64,000 nucleotides of DNA from IMG/VR virus record IMGVR_UViG_3300003086_000115; one strand, 5' to 3'. Under the pieces are notes generated by a model. That model was not told the DNA's origin and did no database searches. It saw only the letters and a program-made list of their open reading frames with translations. Positions 51,192 through 59,932 of the stretch are shown here, piece by piece. A program made the position numbers and the translations under genes. This DNA comes from a virus (lineage: Duplodnaviria; Caudoviricetes). Each line of letters begins with the position of its first letter. Within the stretch, counting starts at the first letter, position 1.

Positions 51192-51953
51192 ATGGCACAC
51201 GACAATCTAACAGGGTTAAAGAAAGACGTATTTGATTATGTAGCACTTCGTCTTGGTGAAGGAATAATTGACCTTGAGCTAGATCCTGCGCACTATGAAG
51301 TTGCGTATAAACAAGCACTAGGAACATATAGACAACGTTCGCAAGCATCAACAGAAGAAAGTTATGCTTGGTTAGAAATGCAAGAAGGTGTAAATGAATA
51401 TACGTTGCCATCAGAGATTACACACGTAAGACAGATATACAGACGAACAATGGGAAGTTCGGGCGGCACTAATAGCTCTAGTTTCGACCCGTTTAGTTCA
51501 GCAACATTAAACGTTTACTTACTGAATTATACATATTCAGGAGGATTAGCAACATACGAACTGTATTCGCAGTACGTTGAGATAGCACAGAGAATGTTTG
51601 GTGCATTTATGAATTATACGTTTAACCCAGTCACTAAACAGCTAAGACTAGTGAGAAATCCTAGAGGCGATGGCGAAGTTATTCTGCTATGGACATACAA
51701 TGACAAGCCAGAGTCTATGCTATTGCAAGACAATCACACTAGTCAATGGATGCGGGATTATACGTATAGTGCGGCTAAGCTAATTATTGGTGAAGCACGT
51801 GAGAAGTTTGCTAGTATTAGCGGACCACAAGGCGGCACAGCATTAAACGGTTCACAACTTAAAGCAGAAGCACAATCAGAGATGGCCCTACTAATTGAAG
51901 ACTTATACAACTTCGTCGACGGAGGACAACCCCTTACTTGGGTTATAGGTTAA
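51192..51953 (+). CDS. gp13: Neck protein (gp13-like)
   Basis: LRLGEGIIDLELDPAH, WMRDYTYSAAKLIIGEAREKF, GPQGGTALNG. Confidence 0.8.
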   Translation: MAHDNLTGLKKDVFDYVALRLGEGIIDLELDPAHYEVAYKQALGTYRQRSQASTEESYAWLEMQEGVNEYTLPSEITHVRQIYRRTMGSSGGTNSSSFDPFSSATLNVYLLNYTYSGGLATYELYSQYVEIAQRMFGAFMNYTFNPVTKQLRLVRNPRGDGEVILLWTYNDKPESMLLQDNHTSQWMRDYTYSAAKLIIGEAREKFASISGPQGGTALNGSQLKAEAQSEMALLIEDLYNFVDGGQPLTWVIG

Positions 51954-51954
51954 T

Positions 51955-52521
51955 ATGGGATTGTTCAAATACATAACACTCGTTGAAGACGAGAATACCG
52001 TAAAGAAAAAAGAAAGCGAAGTTAAATTAGAGAAATTACCTATAACAAGGGACGGGTTAACTCCTGTAATGTCTAAAGCAACAGTAAATTATCATTATGG
52101 CAATCTAGCAAAAGGCTATGTAGATCGCTATAATAATAAAGACGGTGATAGTGATTTTAATTACGCTGGCGCTGTACTACATAATCAATTTTTTAGTCAG
52201 TTTAAGAAAGCAACAAACAGCAACAAGCCAAGCGGAATAGCATTAGAAGTGATAGAAAAGAAGCATAAGTCATTTACTGAATTTAAAGAAGAATTTAGTG
52301 AGGTTGCTCGTAGTATACAAGGTTCTGGATGGTGTTTTATGGATACCACGGGTAATATCAAAGTAATCAAGAACCACGCTGTACGAGCAAATATAGCACT
52401 CTTAGTAGACATGTGGGAGCATGCTTGGGCTTTAGATTATCAAGCAAATAAAGACAAATACTTAGCAAATATATGGCGTATTATTGATTGGGACGTTGTA
52501 AATAAGAGGATGTCTTTATGA
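51955..52521 (+). CDS. sod: Fe/Mn superoxide dismutase
   Basis: YHYG, LHNQFF, GSGW, DMWEHA (metal ligands H, H, D, H). Confidence 0.88.
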   Translation: MGLFKYITLVEDENTVKKKESEVKLEKLPITRDGLTPVMSKATVNYHYGNLAKGYVDRYNNKDGDSDFNYAGAVLHNQFFSQFKKATNSNKPSGIALEVIEKKHKSFTEFKEEFSEVARSIQGSGWCFMDTTGNIKVIKNHAVRANIALLVDMWEHAWALDYQANKDKYLANIWRIIDWDVVNKRMSL

Positions 52522-53099
52522 AAATAAGAGAAATAATAAAAGAAGAATACGTCTTAAATGAAAATTGGTTGCAACTTGCTAAAGCAGTTAATATGCTAAG
52601 AAACGCAAAGAAGTTCAGCCACTTACCAGGTGATACTATCGAAAAAATGGCACATGCAGTTGTTAACAAGTGGAACAACCCTGTAGCTAAAGCTGTTACT
52701 AAGAAAAAACTAAGTAAGACGTCTAACTTAACAAAGCAGTACAAGAAAGATAGAGCTGACATGGACGATAAAGAATTTGAAAAATTCTATGGTTTCTCTA
52801 AACACGGCATTAACGAACACAGGATGGTATGGAAAAGTACCCCTAAAGGCTTAAAGCTTAAATGGCGCTGTACATCAGGAATTCGTACAAATAGAACAGT
52901 ACCTGATCCTAAAGATTGTAATAAGCCATTAGATTTTGCACAAGCGCAAAGGATGAAAGTTACACGTAAAAAAACAAGCAAAGCACAAGCACGTAAAGCC
53001 AAAAGGACTAAACTTATAAATCCTAGAACTAAGTTAGCCGCTAAGTTAAATCGATTAGGTAGACCTAAGAAGAAAAAGAAACCGAAAAAAAGACGTTAA
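52518..53099 (+). CDS. Highly basic protein, possible DNA-binding internal head protein
   Basis: MKIREII leader; Lys/Arg-rich C-terminus. Confidence 0.5.
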   Translation: MKIREIIKEEYVLNENWLQLAKAVNMLRNAKKFSHLPGDTIEKMAHAVVNKWNNPVAKAVTKKKLSKTSNLTKQYKKDRADMDDKEFEKFYGFSKHGINEHRMVWKSTPKGLKLKWRCTSGIRTNRTVPDPKDCNKPLDFAQAQRMKVTRKKTSKAQARKAKRTKLINPRTKLAAKLNRLGRPKKKKKPKKRR

Positions 53100-53128
53100 T
53101 TAAACAGAGTTACTGTTATAATAGCCTT

Positions 53129-53653
53129 ATGGATTTAATGCTAGATATAGAAACACTCTCAACAACGCCAAATGCGGTTATTTTAAACATAGGCGCTATT
53201 GGCTTTGACCCTTTTACAAATACAGTATACGATGAACATGTTGTCTATCATAGAATAGATACAGAGACACAACCTAACAGAGACATTGACGATAGCACTG
53301 TTGAGTGGTGGAGTAAACAAGGTGCAGAAGCACAAGAAGAAGCGTTTGGTGATGAAGATAGAGTGCCGTTAGACGAAGCGTTAGATGATTTATCTAGACT
53401 TGCACGTAAGTGTGGGAGGATATGGGCTAACGGCATTGCGTTTGATATGACCATACTAGAAGATGCGTACAAAGAACATAACAAAGCATTACCATGGCAG
53501 TACTATAAAGTCCTTGATGCTAGAACATTATATAAGCTATGTCCAAACGCAGGTAGATTAGGAAACGATCATCACGCCCTTGCTGATTGTGTTAATCAAA
53601 TTACGCTATTACAGAAATGTATTACACAACTTGAAGTAACAAAGATCGGCTAA
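53129..53653 (+). CDS. DEDDh 3'-5' exonuclease (DexA/Rv2179c-like)
   Basis: MLDIETL, WANGIAFD, HHALAD. Confidence 0.85.
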   Translation: MDLMLDIETLSTTPNAVILNIGAIGFDPFTNTVYDEHVVYHRIDTETQPNRDIDDSTVEWWSKQGAEAQEEAFGDEDRVPLDEALDDLSRLARKCGRIWANGIAFDMTILEDAYKEHNKALPWQYYKVLDARTLYKLCPNAGRLGNDHHALADCVNQITLLQKCITQLEVTKIG

Positions 53654-53979
53654 AAATCAGCGATTAAATCACCTTGTATCCAAGTACCGGTATGTTCTAA
53701 TTCTTTTAAGCAGTTAAGGCATACAGTTTTAAAAGCTGTAAATGTATAAACGTCTAATTGCTCTAGGTACTTCGCTTTAAAGTTACACTTTTCGCAATAC
53801 TTCTTTTTTCTGTAACCTGCTACTTGCCACTTAGGTATTTCTATTTTAGGTTTCTTAGCACATGTACTACAAGTTGACCTGTAATGTAATATTCCATCTT
53901 TAGCGTAATTAATAGCGACATGACGCTTCCCACATTTACATAATTCTCTTTCTTTTTGGTTTTCTTTTTTTCTCGTCAT
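53650..53979 (-). CDS. Cys-rich zinc-binding protein, degenerate HNH-like
   Basis: CKC, CSTC, CEKC, CLNC; no His-Asn nuclease core between QLDV and KTVC. Confidence 0.55.
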   Translation of the reverse strand: MTRKKENQKERELCKCGKRHVAINYAKDGILHYRSTCSTCAKKPKIEIPKWQVAGYRKKKYCEKCNFKAKYLEQLDVYTFTAFKTVCLNCLKELEHTGTWIQGDLIADF

Positions 53980-54068
53980 AAAAAGGTACCTTTTTTATTT
54001 TTAAAATATTTATCATTATAAAAAAGGTATCCAAAGGTACCACTAAACCGTTAATTATACCAAAAAGC

Positions 54069-54076
54069 TATAAATA
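54069..54076 (+). promoter_or_regulatory. Late promoter TATAAATA for the tail sheath gene
   Basis: Exact consensus about 35 nt upstream of the ATG. Confidence 0.78.
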
Positions 54077-54110
54077 GTTTTAACAAATTTATAGATAGGG
54101 AGTAGAACAA

Positions 54111-57100
54111 ATGGCATTAGTTTCACCAGGCGTAGAGGTAACCATTGTTGATGAGAGCGCATTTCCAGCGGCATCAACAGCGACAGTACCTTTCATTTTA
54201 GTTGCAACAGCGGCTAACAAAATTAACGGTGCTGGCACAGCAGTAGCACCAGGAACATTAGCATCAGCAGTTGGCAACACATTTTTAATTTCAAGTCAAC
54301 GTGAATTAACTAATACGTTTGGTACCCCAGCGTTTTATAAAACGTCAAGCGGTACTCCAATTCATGGTTATGAGCTTAATGAGTACGGCTTACAAGCGGC
54401 TTATTCGGTATTAGGACTAAGTAATAGAGCGTACGTACAGCGTGCTGATATTGACTTAGCAGAGTTAACTCCTACAACAGTTAGACCGTCAGGTAATCCA
54501 GAGAATGGTACTTACTGGTTAGACACAGCGTCTACACAGTGGGGTATCTTTGAATGGAATGAAACTACAGAAGCATTTAAAAATAAGGTGCCAACTGTAA
54601 TTACTAGCCTAAGTAACTTAGTTGGTGGTGTTGTTACTGGTGAACCGTTACCGAGTATCGGTAATATCGGTGATTATGCTGTAGTTGCAATTAGTGTTAG
54701 AACTCCGATTTATTATAAGAACCGCAGTAATACTTGGGTATTAGTAGGAGATAATACTGACACCGGCATTGCGGCAGATTCAGATTGGTATGATAGTCAT
54801 CCATCGGTTACTAGTGCAGATGCTAGCACACTTACGCTGACAAGCGGCACTACTATTGATATTAACACTAGTGGTAACGGCGGAACAGTTACTCTTTCGG
54901 GTACTACAATTGCTACTTTAGTTTCAGATATTAATACTGCTAGTCTTACAGGTATTACAGCCGCAGTGGTTAGTAATAAAGTTGAGATATATGCTGATGC
55001 TACATCGTCAGGAGCATATCCACCGGCAACTATGTTAATGCCAGGTGTTGAGTACACGATTTTAACAGTAGGAACAACTGATTTTACAGCTATCGGAGCA
55101 GGAGCAAACGAGGTAGGTAAAACCTTTATTGCAACCGGCATGGGAACAGGAACTGGCACAGTGCGCCATCATATATTGGCAGTAACAGATAATACAGGTA
55201 CTGGATTATCAGGTACATACGGAATGCTACAATTACGCCAAAGCACACACGCAAATAATCCAACTTGGAAAGCTAGCGATTTAATGATTACTGGAGGCAG
55301 ACGAACAGGTTCTGTTTGGATTAAGACTACTAGTGTAGACTTAGGTACTAACCTTGCAATTAAGAAATTTGACTCAACTACAGGTACATTTGTATCACAA
55401 GTTACATCATTGCATTGCGATGATGAGTCTGCAATTAATGCGTTAGATCCAGCTAACGGTGGCAGTGCAATTCCTCCAGGTACTACGTATGCTAGGTTTG
55501 ATTCGTTTACCGACGATACTGCAACATTAATGGTATTATTCCGCACACAAACTGGAGCCACAGAAGTTGCAGGTGCTATAACTAACCCTACATTTACAGT
55601 AGGTAATACATTTACAATTAAAGCAAGTGATAATAGTTCAACTGTATTAACTGCACCAGTAACGGTAACTTTAACAGGAACAACAGCGGCGTCTTTTGTT
55701 GAAGATTGGTTAGCGACAGGTGTTGCAAATACAACAGCATTAGTCACAACAGCAGGAGCAGTTAAAATTGTTCACACCCAAGGTGGTGTGATTGAAGTTA
55801 AAGATATATCAGGAACTCCATTAGCAGATGCTGGATTTTCAATATCGCAATATAATGTACGTGAGTGTGTTCAAGGCGATCTAATAATTACAAATTTTGA
55901 AGCACTAGGCATGGAAGCGGTATTTAGTGCTGGTCCTACTCAACCAGGGCAAGATCCAGTTGAAGGTACTAAATGGTATAGTAGTGCAATTGATGAAATT
56001 GATATTATGGTTCAAGGCGGCGGCGGCTGGAAAGGTTACTTAACTAAGTTTCCTACTACTGACCCGGCTGGTCCTACAGTATCTGTACTTGCACCATCAG
56101 CACAAAGCGACGGAACAGCATTAGTTGCAAATGATCTTTGGGTTGACACAAGTGATTTAGAGAACTTTCCATTAATTAATCGCTGGAGTGGAACGAAATG
56201 GGTAGCAGTTGATACTACTGATCAAACATCAGAGAAAGGTATTTTATTTGCAGATGCAAGGTGGGACACTGACGGAACTACAGATCCAATTAGTGGTACG
56301 ATGCCAACTATTGCTAGTTTGTTATCAAGTAACTATTTAGATTTAGATGCTCCATCACCGAGTTTATATCCAACAGGTACATTGCTTTGGAACTTAAGAC
56401 GTAGCGGCTTTAATGTTAAAGAATTTAAACTAAACTACTTTAATTCAACTGACTTCACTGGTGTAATACCAACAGAAACAAATGCATGGGTTACTGCTTC
56501 AGGTTTAAAAGATAACGGCGAAGCTAACATGGGAAGACTTGCTCAACGTGCGATTGTTGTTGCGGCAATGAAAGCGGCAATTGATAGTAACACAGAGATC
56601 AGAGAAGAGCAACGTGTGTTTAACTTATTGGCGGCACCAGGTTACCCAGAGCTAATGACTAATATGGTAGCATTAAACAATGAACGTAACAATACAGGTT
56701 TTGTTGTTGGTGATACTCCGTTAAGATTATCAGAATCAGGAACAGATTTAGTTAATTGGAGTACTAACAATAACGGATTAGGGTTAGCAACTAACGATGG
56801 TCTTAATGTAAACGACCAGTACTTAGGTGTGTTTTATCCAAGCGGTAGAAGTACAGACTTAACAGGTTCAGCAATTGTTGTTCCGCCTAGTCATGCACTA
56901 CTTAGAACTATTGTACACAGTGATGATCAATCATATCCGTGGTTAGCACCGGCAGGCACTAGACGTGGTAGTATTGATAATCTAGATGCGTTAGGCTACA
57001 TTGATTCTGCTACTGGCGAGTTCCAACAAACTGGTACTAGAAATGCAACTAGAGATACGTTGTATGAAAACAACATTAACCCACTAACGTTTATTCCAGG

Positions 57101-57476
57101 CACAGGTCTTGTAAACTACGGTAATAAAACTACACAATCAGGCACAGCGTTAGATAGAATTAATGTTGCACGTTTAGTTTCGTTTATTAGACAACAAGTT
57201 GAAAATGCGGCCAAGACGTTTATCTTTGAGCCAAACGACAAGTTAACACGCGATGAGATTAAAGGTGTTATGGAAAGCATAATGAACGATTTGATTGCTA
57301 AACGTGGCTTATTTGATTATCTAGTAGTATGTGATGAGAGCAATAACACACCAGCGCGTATTGATAGAAACGAATTATATGTTGATATTGCTATTGAGCC
57401 AGTTAAATCAGTTGAGTTTATCTTTATCCCTGTTAGAATTAAGAATACAGGCGAAATTGCCACAGGCGGAGTGTAA
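54111..57476 (+). CDS. gp18: Tail sheath protein (1121 aa, large insertion domains)
   Basis: LVSPGVEV N-terminus; PWLAPAGTRRG, RDTLYENNINP, LDRINVARL, FEPND, CDESNNTP. Confidence 0.95.
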   Translation: MALVSPGVEVTIVDESAFPAASTATVPFILVATAANKINGAGTAVAPGTLASAVGNTFLISSQRELTNTFGTPAFYKTSSGTPIHGYELNEYGLQAAYSVLGLSNRAYVQRADIDLAELTPTTVRPSGNPENGTYWLDTASTQWGIFEWNETTEAFKNKVPTVITSLSNLVGGVVTGEPLPSIGNIGDYAVVAISVRTPIYYKNRSNTWVLVGDNTDTGIAADSDWYDSHPSVTSADASTLTLTSGTTIDINTSGNGGTVTLSGTTIATLVSDINTASLTGITAAVVSNKVEIYADATSSGAYPPATMLMPGVEYTILTVGTTDFTAIGAGANEVGKTFIATGMGTGTGTVRHHILAVTDNTGTGLSGTYGMLQLRQSTHANNPTWKASDLMITGGRRTGSVWIKTTSVDLGTNLAIKKFDSTTGTFVSQVTSLHCDDESAINALDPANGGSAIPPGTTYARFDSFTDDTATLMVLFRTQTGATEVAGAITNPTFTVGNTFTIKASDNSSTVLTAPVTVTLTGTTAASFVEDWLATGVANTTALVTTAGAVKIVHTQGGVIEVKDISGTPLADAGFSISQYNVRECVQGDLIITNFEALGMEAVFSAGPTQPGQDPVEGTKWYSSAIDEIDIMVQGGGGWKGYLTKFPTTDPAGPTVSVLAPSAQSDGTALVANDLWVDTSDLENFPLINRWSGTKWVAVDTTDQTSEKGILFADARWDTDGTTDPISGTMPTIASLLSSNYLDLDAPSPSLYPTGTLLWNLRRSGFNVKEFKLNYFNSTDFTGVIPTETNAWVTASGLKDNGEANMGRLAQRAIVVAAMKAAIDSNTEIREEQRVFNLLAAPGYPELMTNMVALNNERNNTGFVVGDTPLRLSESGTDLVNWSTNNNGLGLATNDGLNVNDQYLGVFYPSGRSTDLTGSAIVVPPSHALLRTIVHSDDQSYPWLAPAGTRRGSIDNLDALGYIDSATGEFQQTGTRNATRDTLYENNINPLTFIPGTGLVNYGNKTTQSGTALDRINVARLVSFIRQQVENAAKTFIFEPNDKLTRDEIKGVMESIMNDLIAKRGLFDYLVVCDESNNTPARIDRNELYVDIAIEPVKSVEFIFIPVRIKNTGEIATGGV

Positions 57477-57494
57477 ACAACACTTAATAGACAC

Positions 57495-57521
57495 AAAAAA
57501 GCACCGAAAGGTGCTTTTTTT
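57495..57521. terminator. Bidirectional intrinsic terminator
   Basis: aaaaaa-gcacc-gaaa-ggtgc-ttttttt between convergent genes. Confidence 0.9.
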
Positions 57522-58068
57522 ATGACTGCTTGGGTTCGATTAGTTTAACAGTCATTTTAGGATCAATGAATCGTTTCCAAGAATAGTGCCTAATAACAAT
57601 GGGTATTTCTGTCCTACGTTTAATTAAGTTCCAATACGTAGGCATAAATGGTTGATTAAGTGGTTCTATAATACTAGCACCTTTCTTAGTGTTGCAAGGC
57701 TTACAAGCGGCTACGATGTTATTCCACTCTGTTAATCCACCTTTTGATCTAGGCCATACATGATCATATGTAAGTTCACGGTAAGCAAACATTTTATTAC
57801 AATACTGACATTTATACCCATCTCTTAAAAATAAGTTAGGTTTAGACAGTGCTATGAACTTTTTGTGCTGTATATACCGCTTTACTATGACGACAGACGG
57901 TACTTTAAATGAGTCTCTAGCAGAATGGACTTTCCAATTGTCGTAATATTCAACGACGTTTACTTTATCGAGGAATATTAATCTCATAGTGTCCTCCCAT
58001 TTTAGTGTACTTAATGGTAGCATTGATAGCGGTTGGGCGTCAGCGTTTAGAATTAAGGTATGAGACAT
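57520..58068 (-). CDS. HNH endonuclease (McrA-like)
   Basis: LFLRDGYKCQYC...TYDHVWPRSKGG...WNNIVAACKPCNTKKG; TATAAATA at 58074-58081 (-). Confidence 0.92.
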   Translation of the reverse strand: MSHTLILNADAQPLSMLPLSTLKWEDTMRLIFLDKVNVVEYYDNWKVHSARDSFKVPSVVIVKRYIQHKKFIALSKPNLFLRDGYKCQYCNKMFAYRELTYDHVWPRSKGGLTEWNNIVAACKPCNTKKGASIIEPLNQPFMPTYWNLIKRRTEIPIVIRHYSWKRFIDPKMTVKLIEPKQS

Positions 58069-58147
58069 ATTTCTATTTATAACGTATGTTATAATTAACC
58101 CTTAACCTAACTAAATAATATTACACATTTAACAAAGGAGGTGCGCA

Positions 58148-58216
58148 ATGGGAATGGCAGTATTTTTTGCCTTAGCATTAGCAGGTACATTAGCAATAGC
58201 TACTTACTGGTTCTAA
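58148..58216 (+). CDS. 22-aa hydrophobic micropeptide MGMAVFFALALAGTLAIATYWF
   Basis: Perfect AAGGAGGT SD upstream; below the ORF-track size cutoff. Confidence 0.6.
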   Translation: MGMAVFFALALAGTLAIATYWF

Positions 58217-58259
58217 GTCAAAATACTTTTTTAACTAGACCATGTAAGGAGGTACTATA

Positions 58260-58376
58260 ATGAAAGATAATAAAAAGTATGATTGGTCGAAAGAAATATA
58301 TGGCTCAGGTAAAGATGAAGCATTGTGGATCTTAATGGGATTCATGATAGCAATATTCATCGTAAATATAATATAA
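58260..58376 (+). CDS. 38-aa peptide with a C-terminal TM segment, MKDNKKYDWSKEIYGSGKDEALWILMGFMIAIFIVNII
   Basis: Perfect AAGGAGGT SD; followed by a terminator. Confidence 0.65.
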   Translation: MKDNKKYDWSKEIYGSGKDEALWILMGFMIAIFIVNII

Positions 58377-58394
58377 TGTGAAATAACAACCACT

Positions 58395-58422
58395 AAAAAA
58401 GGGCCAATTATGGCCCTTTTTT
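58395..58422. terminator. Bidirectional intrinsic terminator
   Basis: aaaaaa-gggcca-atta-tggccc-tttttt. Confidence 0.9.
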
Positions 58423-58439
58423 ATGGATGATCTATCTTT

Positions 58440-58661
58440 TTACGGCTTAGTAAAAATGTGATAGATAACTGCTAGTGACGCTAAGCCAACTAGACCGGCA
58501 TTACCTAGGCCGGCGATAATACCAGTAATTGTTCCAACGATGTCCCCACCGATGAATGGTACACTACCACCAAATATAATCTGTAAAACGATACCTAGAG
58601 CGATTAACGCTACACCTGCTTCAGTGCCGGCCTTAATCCAGCCTACTACTTTATCTAACAT
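58440..58661 (-). CDS. 73-aa Gly-rich integral membrane protein
   Basis: Two to three hydrophobic segments, AAGGAG SD, TATAAATA at 58774-58781 (-). Confidence 0.75.
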   Translation of the reverse strand: MLDKVVGWIKAGTEAGVALIALGIVLQIIFGGSVPFIGGDIVGTITGIIAGLGNAGLVGLASLAVIYHIFTKP

Positions 58662-58781
58662 AAAGTACTCCTTTGTTATTAAAAAATAGTTTATAGTCGT
58701 TTCAGACTCTCTTTAAATACCCTTGTCACACAAGAGTACTGTCTCATCATTACTGACGAAATAAAATTTTAATTATTTATA

Positions 58782-59207
58782 TTAAAAGTCCCCGTTTAGG
58801 TAAGTCTTCATAGCGTGGCAATCGCCACATAAGGTCCTTAAATTGCTGGGATGGTTATTTTTCGGGTTACTTACCACTACATGATCGACTTGTAGCAGTC
58901 GCATTGCGTAAACTTTCTTCTCTTTTAATGGCATTCCTTGAACTCTAATATTATTCAACGGATCGTGCCCGCAATCTTCGCATATATCTTTTTTGTGGAA
59001 CGTCCATACTCTATCAGTTCTAGCAAACCCACCGTATTCACGCAATGTTATTTGGTGTTCACGGCATAATGTTTGAGATCCGGGTCCGTGGTAGTGAGAT
59101 ATATTATTAGTACATTCATCTACTTTGCAAGTTCTTTTTATAACCTTCTTTTTTTGCCTATCTAAGTTAGGGTCTCTAGGATTATTCAAAGCAATTAACT
59201 TTTTCAT
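58782..59207 (-). CDS. HNH endonuclease
   Basis: CEDCG...LQVDH...NNHPSNLRTLCGDCHAMKT. Confidence 0.85.
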   Translation of the reverse strand: MKKLIALNNPRDPNLDRQKKKVIKRTCKVDECTNNISHYHGPGSQTLCREHQITLREYGGFARTDRVWTFHKKDICEDCGHDPLNNIRVQGMPLKEKKVYAMRLLQVDHVVVSNPKNNHPSNLRTLCGDCHAMKTYLNGDF

Positions 59208-59311
59208 AAACTTAGTTACCTTAACCTGTATTTAATGGTATTTTTTTAAAGGCGGTATCGTCGCCTCTGCTTTAGCATAAATAATAGTAACTTTAACAAG
59301 GGAGTAAACAC

Positions 59312-59926
59312 ATGGCAGTATCATCATTGACTAGAATGACAACGCCTTTGGCTACTGATCAATCAGGGTCTAGTCAGGGCTTGTTAATGCCTAAATTGAA
59401 ATATCGATTTAGGATTATATTTGAAAATATGGGAGTATCAACTCCAAGAACAGAATTAACTAAACAAGTTATGGACTTCACACGTCCTAGTGTTAGTTTT
59501 GATCCAATTGATCTTGAGATATACAACTCAAGAGTTCGTTTAGCAGGAAAGCATACATGGGACGACATCAGTGTCAACTTACGTGACGATGCCAGTGGTA
59601 ATGTAGCTAAACTCGTTGGTGAGCAACTACAGAAGCAATTAGACTTCATGGAGCAAGCAAGTGCCGCTTCAGGTGCAGACTACAAATTTACTACACGATG
59701 TGAGATTTTAGACGGTGGTAACGGTGCATTTGAACCTACAGTACTTGAAACATGGGAAGTATATGGATGTTACTTGTCAAACGTAAACTACGGTGATTTA
59801 AATTATGGTAGTTCAGAGCCAGTTACACTAGCAATGACACTTCGTTTTGATAATGCAGTACAGACTCCATTAGGTAGCGGTGTAGGCACAGATGTAGGAC
59901 GTTCAATCGGCGATAACGTTTCTTAA
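59312..59926 (+). CDS. gp19: Tail tube protein
   Basis: PKLKYRFRI, LAGKHTWDDISVNLRDD, WEVYGCY...YGDLNY; CATAAATA at 59276. Confidence 0.88.
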   Translation: MAVSSLTRMTTPLATDQSGSSQGLLMPKLKYRFRIIFENMGVSTPRTELTKQVMDFTRPSVSFDPIDLEIYNSRVRLAGKHTWDDISVNLRDDASGNVAKLVGEQLQKQLDFMEQASAASGADYKFTTRCEILDGGNGAFEPTVLETWEVYGCYLSNVNYGDLNYGSSEPVTLAMTLRFDNAVQTPLGSGVGTDVGRSIGDNVS

Positions 59927-59932
59927 TCTAAT

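Noticed and set aside
58695-58760. Hammerhead ribozyme (TGATGAG...GAAAC on the minus strand)
   Set aside because: The CUGAUGA core is imperfect (AUGAUGA), no C precedes GAAA, and the bases fit local hairpins better
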